From: Planctomycetota bacterium
GTDB taxonomy: Bacteria; Planctomycetota; Planctomycetia; JALXBF01
DNA: 64,000 bases
Reading direction: 5' to 3'
Assembly (NCBI GenBank): GCA_026991575.1
Contig: JALXBF010000033.1
Location: 1 to 64,000 of the forward strand
A model generated the notes under the pieces. It was given only the letters and a program-made list of their open reading frames with translations, did not search any database and was not told the origin of the DNA. The position numbers and the translations under genes were made by a program. Positions 41,022-51,399 of the stretch are shown here, piece by piece (position 1 is the first letter of the stretch; each line of letters opens with the position of its first letter).

Positions 41022-43055
41022 ATGGCTGGCGAAAAGGACAGGCGACCCACTCGAGGCCCAAGTCAACGATCGCCTGAGCGACGTAAACCCCCGGGGCTGC
41101 CCCAGTGGGGTGTCGTTGTGCTCTGGGCGCTGTTGATCTGCACGGCGGTCTTCTTCGCGATTCATCTGGGCAACTGGATGAACGCGGTGGAGATCGCCTA
41201 CTCGGATTTCCTGCGCTATGTGGAGCAGGGCAAGGTCAGCGTCGTGCGCATCGAAGGGCAGCTTGCGCGCGGCGAATTCCGTCAGCCGGTCAACCTGGTC
41301 GACGCCGACGGCCGCCGGCGGGTGAAGGTCCGGGCGTTTCGCACCTATCTGTTGCCGTTTGCCGAGGATCCGGACCTGAAGGACAAGCTGCTGAAGGCCG
41401 GCGTGCGCGTGATCTCGGCACCCGAGCGGCCGTCGTTCTGGAACATGCTCGGCTTCTGGCTGCCGACCATCGTCCTGATCCTGTTCTTTGTGTGGATGAT
41501 GCGGCGCGCCCGTGATGTCGACGGGCCGTTGATTTCGTCGTTTACGAAGAGCCCGGCCAAGCGGTACCAGGAGTCGAACGTCCGCGTCACGTTCAACGAC
41601 GTTGCCGACCTGGAACATGCCAAGCAGGAACTGCAGGAGATCGTCGAGTTTCTGCGCAACCCGGAGCGGTTCCAGCGGCTGGGCGGCCAGATCCCAAAGG
41701 GCGTACTGTTGATGGGGCCACCCGGCACGGGCAAGACGCTGCTTGCCCGTGCGGTGGCAGGCGAGGCGGGTGTGCCGTTCTTTTCGATCTCCGGTTCCGA
41801 ATTCATCCAGATGTTCGTCGGCGTCGGTGCCAGCCGTGTCCGCGATCTGTTCAAGACCGCTAAGGAAAACGCCCCCGCGATTATTTTCATTGACGAGATT
41901 GACGCGGTCGGTCGGGCTCGCGGCACCGGCTTGGGTGGCGGGCACGACGAGCGTGAGCAGACACTGAATCAGATCTTGAGCGAAATGGACGGCTTCGCGC
42001 CGAACGAGTCGGTCGTGGTGATCGCGGCCACCAACCGCCCGGATGTGTTGGATCCGGCCTTGCTGCGGCCAGGACGGTTCGATCGCCACGTGACGGTAGA
42101 CCGGCCCACACAGCGCGGTCGCCTGGAGATCCTCCGCGTCCATACACGCAATGTGCCGCTGGCCGACGACGTGGACCTCGAGGCGCTAGCACGGGCCACC
42201 GCCGGCTTGACCGGCGCGGACTTGAGAAACTTGGTCAACGAGGCGGCTCTGCTGGCGACGCGCGAAGGCAAGGACAAGGTCGACTGGGATGCCTTCGAGA
42301 AAGCCCGGGACAAGATCCTGATGGGGCCCAAACGGGAGGAGGTGCTCTCGGAGGAAGAAAAGCGGATCACGGCGTACCACGAAGCCGGCCATGCGCTGAC
42401 GGCCTGGCTGCAAAAGGAGATCGATCCGCTGCACAAGGTGACGATCATCCCACGCGGCCGAGCGCTGGGCGTGACGCAGCTGTTGCCGAACGAGGATCGA
42501 CACAATCTCACTGAGTCGCAAATCCGTGCTCGGCTCGTCTTTTCGCTGGGTGGTCGAGCTGCGGAACGGCTCGTCTTCAGGGAGCTTTCTGCCGGAGCCG
42601 AGGACGACTTGAAGCGGGCAACCCAGCTTGCTCGGTACATGGTGACCCACTGGGGTATGAGCGATCGGCTGGGGCCCGTCTCCTACCGAGTGGGTGAGGA
42701 GCATGTGTTCTTGGGACGTGAGATCGTGGAGCCGCGTGACTTCAGCGAGTACACGGCGCGGCTGATTGATGAGGAGGTCCAACGGATCCTGCGCGAAGCC
42801 GACCAACGGGCACTGCACATGCTGAGCGAGCATCGCGAGCAGCTGGACCGCCTGGCACAGGCGCTGTTGGAGCACGAGGAGTTGACACGTGAGGAGATCG
42901 AGCGGATTCTTGCTACGGATGGCGACGCACGCGGCCGAGCAGAACCTGCCGTGGCGACCCAGGAGCCAGCGGCGGCAGCACGCGGCGGCGTCGGCCAGAC
43001 AAGTGCCTCACGGTCGCTGCCCGAAGACTCCGGTGAACCACCGACCGAAACCTAG
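41022..43055 (+). CDS. ftsH: ATP-dependent zinc metalloprotease FtsH
   Basis: Two TMs, [27 protein letters not shown]. Confidence 0.95.
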   Translation: MAGEKDRRPTRGPSQRSPERRKPPGLPQWGVVVLWALLICTAVFFAIHLGNWMNAVEIAYSDFLRYVEQGKVSVVRIEGQLARGEFRQPVNLVDADGRRRVKVRAFRTYLLPFAEDPDLKDKLLKAGVRVISAPERPSFWNMLGFWLPTIVLILFFVWMMRRARDVDGPLISSFTKSPAKRYQESNVRVTFNDVADLEHAKQELQEIVEFLRNPERFQRLGGQIPKGVLLMGPPGTGKTLLARAVAGEAGVPFFSISGSEFIQMFVGVGASRVRDLFKTAKENAPAIIFIDEIDAVGRARGTGLGGGHDEREQTLNQILSEMDGFAPNESVVVIAATNRPDVLDPALLRPGRFDRHVTVDRPTQRGRLEILRVHTRNVPLADDVDLEALARATAGLTGADLRNLVNEAALLATREGKDKVDWDAFEKARDKILMGPKREEVLSEEEKRITAYHEAGHALTAWLQKEIDPLHKVTIIPRGRALGVTQLLPNEDRHNLTESQIRARLVFSLGGRAAERLVFRELSAGAEDDLKRATQLARYMVTHWGMSDRLGPVSYRVGEEHVFLGREIVEPRDFSEYTARLIDEEVQRILREADQRALHMLSEHREQLDRLAQALLEHEELTREEIERILATDGDARGRAEPAVATQEPAAAARGGVGQTSASRSLPEDSGEPPTET

Positions 43056-43124
43056 CTGCTCGCCCGTGTCGTTACCTCAGTTCCACTCGATCACGCAACT
43101 AGACGAGTTCGCGGGAGTCTGCCG

Positions 43125-43598
43125 ATGGAACAGCCGATGACTCGTCAGGCCTACGAACGGTTGCAGAAGGAACTGGAGCGACTGGAGAACGAAGAGCGGC
43201 CTAAAGTGCTGGAACGGCTCAAGCGAGCGCGCGAGTTCGGCGACCTTTCCGAGAACGCTGAGTATGACGCCTCCAAAGAGCAGCTGCAGCGGTTGGACGA
43301 GCAGATCAACATGTTAAGGTTGCGGCTGTCCCGGTGCCGGATTGTGGACGAGGATGAGATCCCGCGGGACCGCGTTGCGTTCGGCGCGAAGGTGCGAGTG
43401 TTCGATGAGACGTTCGGAGAGGAGGAGGTCTACGAGTTCGTAAGCCCTGGCGAGGAGGACGCGTTTGCAAACAAGATTCTGATCACCAGCCCGCTTGGCC
43501 AGGCCCTGCTGGGCAAGAAGGTCGGCGAGGTGGTGGAGTTCGAGGCCCCCGCCGGCGTCCGCCGCCTCAAGATCCTGGAGATCACGTACTCGTTTTGA
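43125..43598 (+). CDS. greA: Transcription elongation factor GreA
   Basis: GDLSENAEY, SPLGQALLGK. Confidence 0.95.
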   Translation: MEQPMTRQAYERLQKELERLENEERPKVLERLKRAREFGDLSENAEYDASKEQLQRLDEQINMLRLRLSRCRIVDEDEIPRDRVAFGAKVRVFDETFGEEEVYEFVSPGEEDAFANKILITSPLGQALLGKKVGEVVEFEAPAGVRRLKILEITYSF

Positions 43599-43740
43599 AC
43601 TGCTTCTCGGCCATGACTCGCTTGCGATCGAACGTGTGCCGCATGTTCGATCGCCCCGAATTCCGTCACCCGGTCAGCGTCCATTGGTTGCAGCGACGCT
43701 GCTGTACACGCCGGACCCTCGTGTGCACGCTATCCACAGG

Positions 43741-45624
43741 CTAAGGGCCGGTGTCATCTCGGAGAACCCGTCGCGAGTGAAGCGGGGGCTGCTGTGGCTG
43801 GTGCGGTGAGCACGCCGTCGAACCCCCGCCGTGGGCCTTGCCGCTGTTGATGACAGAGGCCGCCCGCAGCTGGCGGGCTGTGGCCGCATCGATGCGGTAA
43901 ATCCATAAGCTGGGCGTGATACGCCAGGTGGGCTCCATCAGGAAGAAGTAGTGATAACGCCGCTCCGGATCCATCAGCGCAGCTACTGATACCGCGTATG
44001 TACCCGCCCGCGGCTCGTCTGCCAACTGCTCAGTCAGCGGCCCTGACGGCCCGATTGGGACATATTCGTCGTCGACCTTGAGTCCCAGAGCGTTCGCAAC
44101 GCCATAAGCTACCGATGAACCGAGCAGTGCGCCGTCCAACTGTACGTCCGGATGCGACGCTAACCATCGTGTCAAGAAAGGAACGTCCTGTTCCCATGTC
44201 AGGGCGCTGCCGTGAAGATGCCGCCAGCCTTCTTCTGGGCCCCCAGCTATCTCGTTGAAGTAGCTCTCACAATGGGGGAACCAGCGGAGCCCGGAAGCTG
44301 TTCCCGCGGCCACGCAGGCCCAAACCAGCAAACGCCACCATCGGCTTTGCCCGCCTCCTGCCAGACAAGCCCCGGCACAGGTGAACAAGAACGGCAGGGC
44401 CGGCATCACATAGCGGTAATGGGCATTGAAGCCACGCTCTGCGCTGACCACTGCAAACACAGCCGCGGCAGGCAGTACCAGACAGCAAACCGTTCGTGCC
44501 GTCGCGCGCCGGGTCAGCAGCAGGACGAGCCCCGCGAAGACGAGGACAAGTGTGCCGAGCGTTTCCTTGACGAGGAATGCATAGACGTAGTAGTGGTACC
44601 AGCCAAGGAACCGGTACTCGCCCCGTAAGTACGACCACTGGCCCCGGTCGAAATCGACCTTTTGGATATCGATTCCCCGCACATAGTCTGCCGGCAACGG
44701 CACCGGCAGCATACCGAGGACGGTACCCCGAAATCGGTTTCCCGGCGTTGAGCACTGAGGATCGTCGGACGCGGCCAAAAAGCGCGAGAGAAAACTGTAG
44801 TCACCCAACCGGACCCCTACCCCGCGGAACGAGTACGCCGCGTTGATGACCAGTAGGCTTATTGCCAGGAAAGCGACGAACTGCGCGCTTGATCGAGCGA
44901 TCCGCTGTTTGCCCGCCGTCAGCAGCACGGCCAAGAAGCTGACCGGGTACAGCACTAGCAACGTGAACTTGGCAAGCTGGGCGATACCCATCGTCACCCC
45001 GGCCGCTATCGCATCTCTCCATGCGCAGTGTTCCGTCCAGCGGTAGACCGTGTACATGGCTGCCAGACCCAGGCCAGCGGCGACGCCATCGGGCGCAACC
45101 CAGGTGTAGGAGAGAACAGTCGGACTGAAGCAGTAGAGGATAACCGCCAACAGGCCAGCTTCGTTGCCCCACAACTGGCTGGCCCACTGCCATGCCACCC
45201 ATGGACCGATCAGATACAGCGGCAGTACGGCCAGCCGGGCCAGTCGGTGCATCAGCAGAAACTCGTTGCCTGCATGCACCGCAAGGTTGGGCATGTAGTA
45301 GTACTCGGGCCGCAGAGCAACAAGACCCGGGTGCTTTTCTCCCCGCGGTTCGGTCGGCCGAGTCCTGTGGTAGTCAGCTGGCAGGCTGCGCGCCGTTTCG
45401 GTCCAGAGCACGGCTAGCGCCCCGACCATCCGAACCAGTGGTGGATTGACCCGGTATGGCGTATAGTCCCCGTCGCGCCAATGGATGATGCCCGCTGCCA
45501 GGTGGCCTGGCTCATTGACCGTTGGCCCATGCAACCAGGCGGAAACAATGTAGCAGACGCTGTACGTTGCTAGGACGGCTGTGCCCAGCAGTCGATAGGC
45601 TCGTGACCGCCGATCTTGCTTCAT
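43741..45624 (-). CDS. GT39/ArnT-like glycosyltransferase (cassette B)
   Basis: NEPGHL, NPPLVR, LAKFT, GNRF..LPVPLP, SYLRGE..GWYHYY, RYVMP; paralog of 23324-25066. Confidence 0.85.
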   Translation of the reverse strand: MKQDRRSRAYRLLGTAVLATYSVCYIVSAWLHGPTVNEPGHLAAGIIHWRDGDYTPYRVNPPLVRMVGALAVLWTETARSLPADYHRTRPTEPRGEKHPGLVALRPEYYYMPNLAVHAGNEFLLMHRLARLAVLPLYLIGPWVAWQWASQLWGNEAGLLAVILYCFSPTVLSYTWVAPDGVAAGLGLAAMYTVYRWTEHCAWRDAIAAGVTMGIAQLAKFTLLVLYPVSFLAVLLTAGKQRIARSSAQFVAFLAISLLVINAAYSFRGVGVRLGDYSFLSRFLAASDDPQCSTPGNRFRGTVLGMLPVPLPADYVRGIDIQKVDFDRGQWSYLRGEYRFLGWYHYYVYAFLVKETLGTLVLVFAGLVLLLTRRATARTVCCLVLPAAAVFAVVSAERGFNAHYRYVMPALPFLFTCAGACLAGGGQSRWWRLLVWACVAAGTASGLRWFPHCESYFNEIAGGPEEGWRHLHGSALTWEQDVPFLTRWLASHPDVQLDGALLGSSVAYGVANALGLKVDDEYVPIGPSGPLTEQLADEPRAGTYAVSVAALMDPERRYHYFFLMEPTWRITPSLWIYRIDAATARQLRAASVINSGKAHGGGSTACSPHQPQQPPLHSRRVLRDDTGP

Positions 45625-46748
45625 TCCTGATCGCTCCCGTGCGGCTGCTGCCGGGTACGGCCGCGAGCAGTGTCCATGTTGGCACGGATGTGAATTTGTA
45701 GCGTATCGGAGTTACCTGCGGCATCTCGCACGATGATGGTCACCGCGTGTACACCACGGGGCACCGAGCGCAGACGTAGTGTCATCCGGTGAGTCGCTCG
45801 GTATTCGTCCGCGGTCGGGCAGTCCAAAGACAACCACTCTTCGGCTGCCGACGGCATCAGCACACGCACGGGACGAACCGCTTGGATCGTTACGCGCCGC
45901 CGGGATTCGTCGTCCTGGCCGGCAACTGCCGTAATCATGCGGGGCGTGACCTTGGCCAGCCCGGCGGTCGACAGGCGGATCGACTGCTCATCCATCCATG
46001 GGCCGTACCCGAAGCGTAAGCGGCAACGCTGCCCCGGATGCAGATCTGCGGCGGCAAGCTTGACTGTCAGGCGGCCGCGCCACGCCCGATAGTGGACGGG
46101 CCGTTCACGCCACTCGGTGAACGCGGCCACGACGGCGGAGGGACCGTAGAACTCCCAGTCAGCCCATCGTGCTTCGATCCACGGCTTGGCCTCCGGGATC
46201 GTTTCATCCAGTGTGTAGTAGACGCGCAGCTCGATTGGAACGGTCCCACCGGGGATGAACCGTTGTTGCGTTAGCGGACCACGAACACCGACCAGTTCTA
46301 GCCGAGGGAAAGCGACTGTCCGCACGATGCACCGCTTTTCGAGTCGCTCAGAGCCAGCCTGGACCTCAACCACTGCGGATTGCTCGGTGATGCCAGAATC
46401 GCCAGTAACACGAAACGCAAGCTCGAGCCTGGCCGTCTCGCCCGGTGCCAGTACTTTGGGACTGAGGTTGACCGAGAGGCAGGTACAACTGAGCTTCTTG
46501 AGGCGTGCGATACACTTCGAGCCGAAAGGGTTCGGCACCTCAAAGGTCGCCTGAAGGTCACGGTGTTGGTTCGGGTCAAGGACGAACGGGCCGAGCTCGT
46601 CGAGATCCACGGTCTGCCAGTCTTGATGGATGTCCACAGTGGCTTCTCGACCGCCGCACCCGGAAAGCATCGTTATGGCTGCGGATGCGCACGACACCCC
46701 GAACGCCCACGAGAGAAATACCCGGAACGGTCGCGCCCACGTTCGCAT
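45621..46748 (-). CDS. DUF1573-like Ig-fold lipoprotein (cassette B)
   Basis: Lipobox LSGC, FEVPN...SCTC...LAPGETARL. Confidence 0.7.
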   Translation of the reverse strand: MRTWARPFRVFLSWAFGVSCASAAITMLSGCGGREATVDIHQDWQTVDLDELGPFVLDPNQHRDLQATFEVPNPFGSKCIARLKKLSCTCLSVNLSPKVLAPGETARLELAFRVTGDSGITEQSAVVEVQAGSERLEKRCIVRTVAFPRLELVGVRGPLTQQRFIPGGTVPIELRVYYTLDETIPEAKPWIEARWADWEFYGPSAVVAAFTEWRERPVHYRAWRGRLTVKLAAADLHPGQRCRLRFGYGPWMDEQSIRLSTAGLAKVTPRMITAVAGQDDESRRRVTIQAVRPVRVLMPSAAEEWLSLDCPTADEYRATHRMTLRLRSVPRGVHAVTIIVRDAAGNSDTLQIHIRANMDTARGRTRQQPHGSDQE

Positions 46749-46795
46749 GGCTCTGCACTCGCTCGATCCCAACCGTCACGCCGTCGTGATGGGGC

Positions 46796-48022
46796 TCAGC
46801 CACGGCCGCGTAGCCAGCGGTAGACGCGCAACCCTGCCAAGACCGCGGCGGCGGCGAGCAGTGTGAGCGCGAGGATCAAGGGGCGGCGGTATGGGGATCC
46901 CGCGACGCCGCTTCCCTGTCGACCGAGTTGGTCCACGCGAGGCCACCGGATCGGTTTCGCATCCAGTTTCGCCGGTTCAAGAATGTCTTCGGCGGCAAGC
47001 CTGGCCAGGTCGAGAACGTTGTCGGAAGGGTATCGGGCCAGACCAACGGGCGGTTTACGGCCGCGCAGATCGATGCGGAAGTCCTCGGGGTTGGCCGGCG
47101 GTAAGGGGCGGTCCGTCAGTTCGAATACTCGTGCGGACACAGTCCCCTGGCCATCTTCGTCGTAGGACAGCTGAATCCACTCCAGAGGAATCGGTACATC
47201 CCCCTCTGACAACCGGCCAGGCATGTCAAGCATGTGATGAGTCTCACCTCCGCTCGTTAGCGCGACCGACAGCCGATCCAGTACGAAGTACTCTCCATGG
47301 CGCACCAGCACAAACTCAACTGTCTCAGACATAGACTCCGCATCGCCGCTACCACCGAGCCCGATTCGCCGGACGAACCGGTAGCGCACTTGGTCAGGCC
47401 CCCCATCTCTTGCTGCGTCCAGGTACTCGATGCGCCGTCCGGTCTCACCAAATCGCAGCGACCGAACACGACGCCATCCTGTGGCCAGCACCGGCCATGC
47501 CCACGCTACGTGATCTGCCGCGTGGATTAGAGGGTAACGCTGCACGCGGATAAGCCGGTCCAGATCGTTGTCTATGACGAAGATGAGTTCGTCGGGTTCT
47601 ATCCGGAACAGGTGGAGCATCCACACGCGCCGGCCGGCCCGCGGTGGGGCCCCCGTGGCTCGCAAAGCGCGCGCCGGCACTGAGCGGCCTGTGCTTTCAT
47701 AGCGCACGAGGTCTCCGTCAACGGCCACAAAGCCTGAGGTGGCCTCACGCGGTGACTCCACCCACTCGAGCCGATCGGTAGCCGCACTACGCCCGACCAG
47801 CAACCGCCAGCGCGAGCGGAAACTCCATTGCGTGCGCCACTCGTCGAGTAAGCTCTGAAGCTCTTCGGCAAGGGCTGCAGCATGTCCGTCCAGCGACTTG
47901 GCCACTTGCCCAGCCCGCATGGCATCCGCGCCGGCTTCCTGGGCCGTGCACACTACGGGACGCGTGGCCTGCCACAGCAAGGCTAGCCAGGGCCCAAGGA
48001 GCCCAGCGATCCACCGTTTCAT
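46796..48022 (-). CDS. Secreted hypothetical protein with C-terminal TM anchor (cassette B)
   Basis: Signal peptide MKRWIAGLL, PEDFRIDL motif, TM plus basic tail. Confidence 0.72.
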   Translation of the reverse strand: MKRWIAGLLGPWLALLWQATRPVVCTAQEAGADAMRAGQVAKSLDGHAAALAEELQSLLDEWRTQWSFRSRWRLLVGRSAATDRLEWVESPREATSGFVAVDGDLVRYESTGRSVPARALRATGAPPRAGRRVWMLHLFRIEPDELIFVIDNDLDRLIRVQRYPLIHAADHVAWAWPVLATGWRRVRSLRFGETGRRIEYLDAARDGGPDQVRYRFVRRIGLGGSGDAESMSETVEFVLVRHGEYFVLDRLSVALTSGGETHHMLDMPGRLSEGDVPIPLEWIQLSYDEDGQGTVSARVFELTDRPLPPANPEDFRIDLRGRKPPVGLARYPSDNVLDLARLAAEDILEPAKLDAKPIRWPRVDQLGRQGSGVAGSPYRRPLILALTLLAAAAVLAGLRVYRWLRGRG

Positions 48023-48191
48023 GGCCCGTCTCCCGTTCGGCTCATCACCCGTTCGATCTCGCACACCCCTCCTTCAATCGGATCCGAGCACACGACTCGC
48101 CCCCGGCAATTCTTGTCCTCGTAGCTTACCTGACCGAGATGGACGCGAGCAAAACGCCCGCTACCATCTGAGACCGACTCGACCTGAGCAT
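48019..48191 (-). pseudogene. Possible eroded small Cys-rich secreted peptide gene
   Basis: AGGAG-ATG MLRSSRSQMVAGVLLASISVR*; another frame continues ...NCRGRVVC..GVCEI and ends overlapping the next ATG. Confidence 0.3.
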
Positions 48192-48235
48192 GGCCGCATC
48201 TCCTACCAGAGAGGGCAGTTGCTGCCAACGCGTGT

Positions 48236-48280
48236 ATTGTACGCCATAATCAGGACACACACACACACACACACTGTCAA
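48236..48280 (-). promoter_or_regulatory. Putative sigma70 promoter with (GT)10 tract in the spacer
   Basis: TTGACA-(GT)10-CCT-GATTAT (23-nt spacer); alternative -10 TACAAT at 33 nt. Confidence 0.6.
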
Positions 48281-48539
48281 GTGGTCCTGCAGGTGCGTGC
48301 CAGCTCTAGCGACAGGCCGTTTGTCGGGTGTCCCGGCTGGGCGGCCACGGAGGCGCACGCCCGGTCGGTGTCGCAGCTTCGGAACGGTGTACTGTTGCAG
48401 TCGGCCATTAGAACCGCTGCACTCGACAACTGTGCTGGCCAGACGCCCCGCCTGTGCCGGCAGCCAAGCCAGCCCCCGTTGCCGGGTAGGACGAGAACCC
48501 GCCACCATGACTTGCCCTCCACCGTTGGCATCGTACCCC

Positions 48540-48560
48540 ATGATAGTGTGTGTGGGTCAA
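48540..48560 (-). promoter_or_regulatory. Putative sigma70 promoter with short (CA)4 tract in the spacer
   Basis: TTGACC-CACACACAC-TATCAT (9-nt spacer), GGAGG-ATG about 30 nt downstream. Confidence 0.5.
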
Positions 48561-48636
48561 CCTCCCATCATCGCTGCAAATAACGCCGCTCCCTGCGACA
48601 ACCCAGCACGTGCGATCGCACGGCTGACGCACTTGG

Positions 48637-49939
48637 AGGGATAGTTGGGCTGGGGAGAGAGGTTGCTCTGGAGCAGAGACGACGGCAGGATGTTTGGGAT
48701 TGAGGAGTGGAGGACCGAGGACGGCAGGCAAATGTCATGGCCGGGGCAGTGGGGATTCCCCTGGTGGAGCATTCGTCAAGGGTCCCAGACCAGCGGCGGC
48801 ACTGCGCGCGTCTACGCGATCCGCGGGCGAGCGTAGTTGTGCTGGCGTTGTGTGGAATGCTATGTACGGCGAGGAGCTTTCGGGTGATTGAGGCGTGCTG
48901 CCGTCGGCACGAGAAGCTTTGTCGCCGAGTGGCCAGAGTTTCCGCGTGCGATTGCGTTGCATGACACGTTTGTGCGGGTGCTTCAGGTGGTGGACCAAGA
49001 GCAGTTGATTGGGGCGTTCACGGAGTGGCTTTCGGCTGGCGTGCGCAGCGTGGAGAGCGTAGTCGGGCGTTCGTGGCGATGGACGGGCAGGGCGTTGCGA
49101 GAGACGCCGCGTGGCGGGACCAGGGGGAATGGCGCTAGGGGTCGCCACGACACCGGTCAGGCACGACACCGGTCACGGAGGAGGGCTTGGTGCTGGGACA
49201 ACTTGGCATGAAACCGACGGCGCACAAGACGGCGGTGATTCAGCACCTGATTGGGGCGCTCGAACTAAAGGACGTCATCGTGGTGATTGACGCGACTGGC
49301 TGCCACACGCAAACTGCGGAAGCCGTTGTCGCAAAAGGGGGGCCTGCATGCCGGCGCTGAAGGTAAACCACCCGACGCTTTGCCGGAACGTGCAGGCGTA
49401 TTCTGTGGCCATGGGCGAAGGTGGGGAAGTGTCCTGACTTCCGACCTGCTTGCAGGGGGAGTGTGGACGTGGCCTTCGGGGAACTCGCTGCACGACCGTG
49501 GTGCTGCCTCTGCCCGAGATCCGCGCGCCGGCTGGCTGGCGGAGCATCAGGATGATCGCACTGGTGACAACTGAGACGATTTGCCCGTGGCCTGGTCGTA
49601 GCACAGAGCAGGTGCGGTGCGACGTATCCAGCGCAGAGCCGCCTGCCGAGCTCCACGCGAACGCGATTCGAAAACGCTGGTCGATCAAGAACCGGATGCA
49701 CTGGTGGTGCGATACGCGTTTCGTGCGACCAGATGCGCACTTGGCATCTGGTGGCGGCACAGAACATGGCATTAGCAAGCCGCCCAGCCCTGTCCTCGCG
49801 CCGAGGCACCCATGGTCACGAGGATAGCATCGACTCGGTCCGCTCGCGACTCGCGTCCAACCCGAACGATCTACGACAACTGTTCTGTACGGGCTCCTTG
49901 CCCCCGATTTGAGACCCGTCAGCCGTTTGGATTAGCCCT
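48637..49939 (+). mobile_element. Degenerate ISAs1-family element (transposase pseudogene)
   Basis: Frameshifted motifs LVEHSSRVPDQR, HDTFVRV, MDG, LVLGQ, VIDATGC, LKVNHPTL, RWSIKNRMHW; ends approximate. Confidence 0.8.
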
Positions 49940-50085
49940 ACGACCGTTGGGCTTATCCGCGGCGAGGGGCGCCCGGCCGGAGCCGACACCGGGCAGAAGC
50001 GTGGACGCCTGTTTGTGCCTCTGGTGCCGGGCTGCAGGGTGCGGTGGTCTTGATCGCGCATCGAGCGTCCGTTCATGCAGTGCTG

Positions 50086-50388
50086 CTAGCAAACCTCTTG
50101 ATTGATGCCATGCATCTCGGCGAAGGCACGCAGCACCTGGTACAGGTCCTCGGTAATCTTTACCTCGTCGTCCAGAAAGTCTTCAATCCAGAGGTAATTG
50201 CCCCGTATAGCTTCCACAAGCGTCGGTAGGATGTCCCGCAGCCGAAGCGCAACGACGGCCGGTTGTGCCGTGGCAGGTGTGCCCGATGCCGATGGCAGCA
50301 GACAGTCTTCGATGTCGTCTGGACCGCGGTACAGTCGCAGGCGCGAAGGCGTTTCCGATCGCTCGGTCGAGTCGTACATGGTGCTCAT
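50086..50388 (-). CDS. Hypothetical protein
   Basis: ATG ORF with ordered-looking C-terminus (WIEDFLDDEVKITEDLYQVL); no family assigned. Confidence 0.7.
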   Translation of the reverse strand: MSTMYDSTERSETPSRLRLYRGPDDIEDCLLPSASGTPATAQPAVVALRLRDILPTLVEAIRGNYLWIEDFLDDEVKITEDLYQVLRAFAEMHGINQEVC

Positions 50389-50926
50389 CCCAGTTCAGAG
50401 TCGGGTTGCTCGGCCTTGCCGTCCCTGCGGTTTCTCAGACCGTACGCTCCGTGGTGAGTCGAGGAATGCTTTCCACGCACGTTATCGGACTGGGCAAGAT
50501 CGAGAGTTTAGAGAACCAGATGAACATGGGCAGTGTGGCAGCCTTCTGTCGGTTGGGATGAATGTAGCGCATGGTCGGCTGCGATGGCAGGTTACTGTTG
50601 AGCGAGTGGCCGGAGCGTGAGCACGGCTGCGCAGAGAGGCAACAGGGTTGCCGACCTGGCGCCTGCGCGCGGACCGCGAGCGAGACCGGTCAGTTGAAGC
50701 CGGTTTCCCCGCATGGTTTGCGGTCTGCTACCGACGTGGGGCGTCGTCGAGCGGCGTCTGCCAGCATCGAACCGGGCCTAGTTGAATGAGGCGTTGTTCA
50801 CGTTCAGCGCAGGCGGACATGTTGCGATGGCATGTCACGGCGGGGAGGGGCGTGGGCTAGGCGACGCGCCGGGTCGGTCTCAGCATGCCTTCGAAGCAAC
50901 GCATGCTCTGATTGCGGTGGCCTTTT

Positions 50927-51399
50927 CTAGACAGCACTGGTAACCGCGGGCGGCGGAATGACAGCTCGGCCGATGGAATCGGTCGACTCATCACTCGAGG
51001 AAGTGGCCGCTTCGCGGGCCAGTTTGCCGACAGCCACCAGTTCCAGCCGTGCGGCTGGCTGATCATCGAAAAGGAGAAACGGTCGGATGATCTGCCAGTA
51101 GTTGTGCTCCTGTGCCGGTTCGTCGGTCGTGACGACTTCGACCAAATGGATCCGGTTCGTGATGCGTTCAACATGCCCCAGGAAATCATATCCCGAGCCC
51201 CCTAGCAGCGTGCGCGCCTGGAGCGAATCCGGGGACATCGGCTGCCACGAACAAGGAAGCGGCCAGCAACAAGACCGCCGCCATCGGTGGCTTTGCCGTG
51301 AACGGTAATTGCCGGTCGCCGACCGGGTCCTGACAACACAGCGGACAACGACGGGCTGATCCGGTTGCGCTTTCTGACAGCCCGATGGCGATGGTTCAT
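50927..51399 (-). pseudogene. Possible frameshifted hypothetical gene at the end of cassette C
   Basis: ATGA overlap at 51399; hydrophobic segment (MAAVLLLAASLFV) and ordered segment (YDFLGHVERI..) lie in different frames. Confidence 0.3.

Noticed and set aside
48203..48541. ORFs reading through the dinucleotide tracts (VCVCVC or THTHTH; also 56489-56778)
   Set aside because: No coding signature; the tracts fit promoter spacers better than coding frameshift switches
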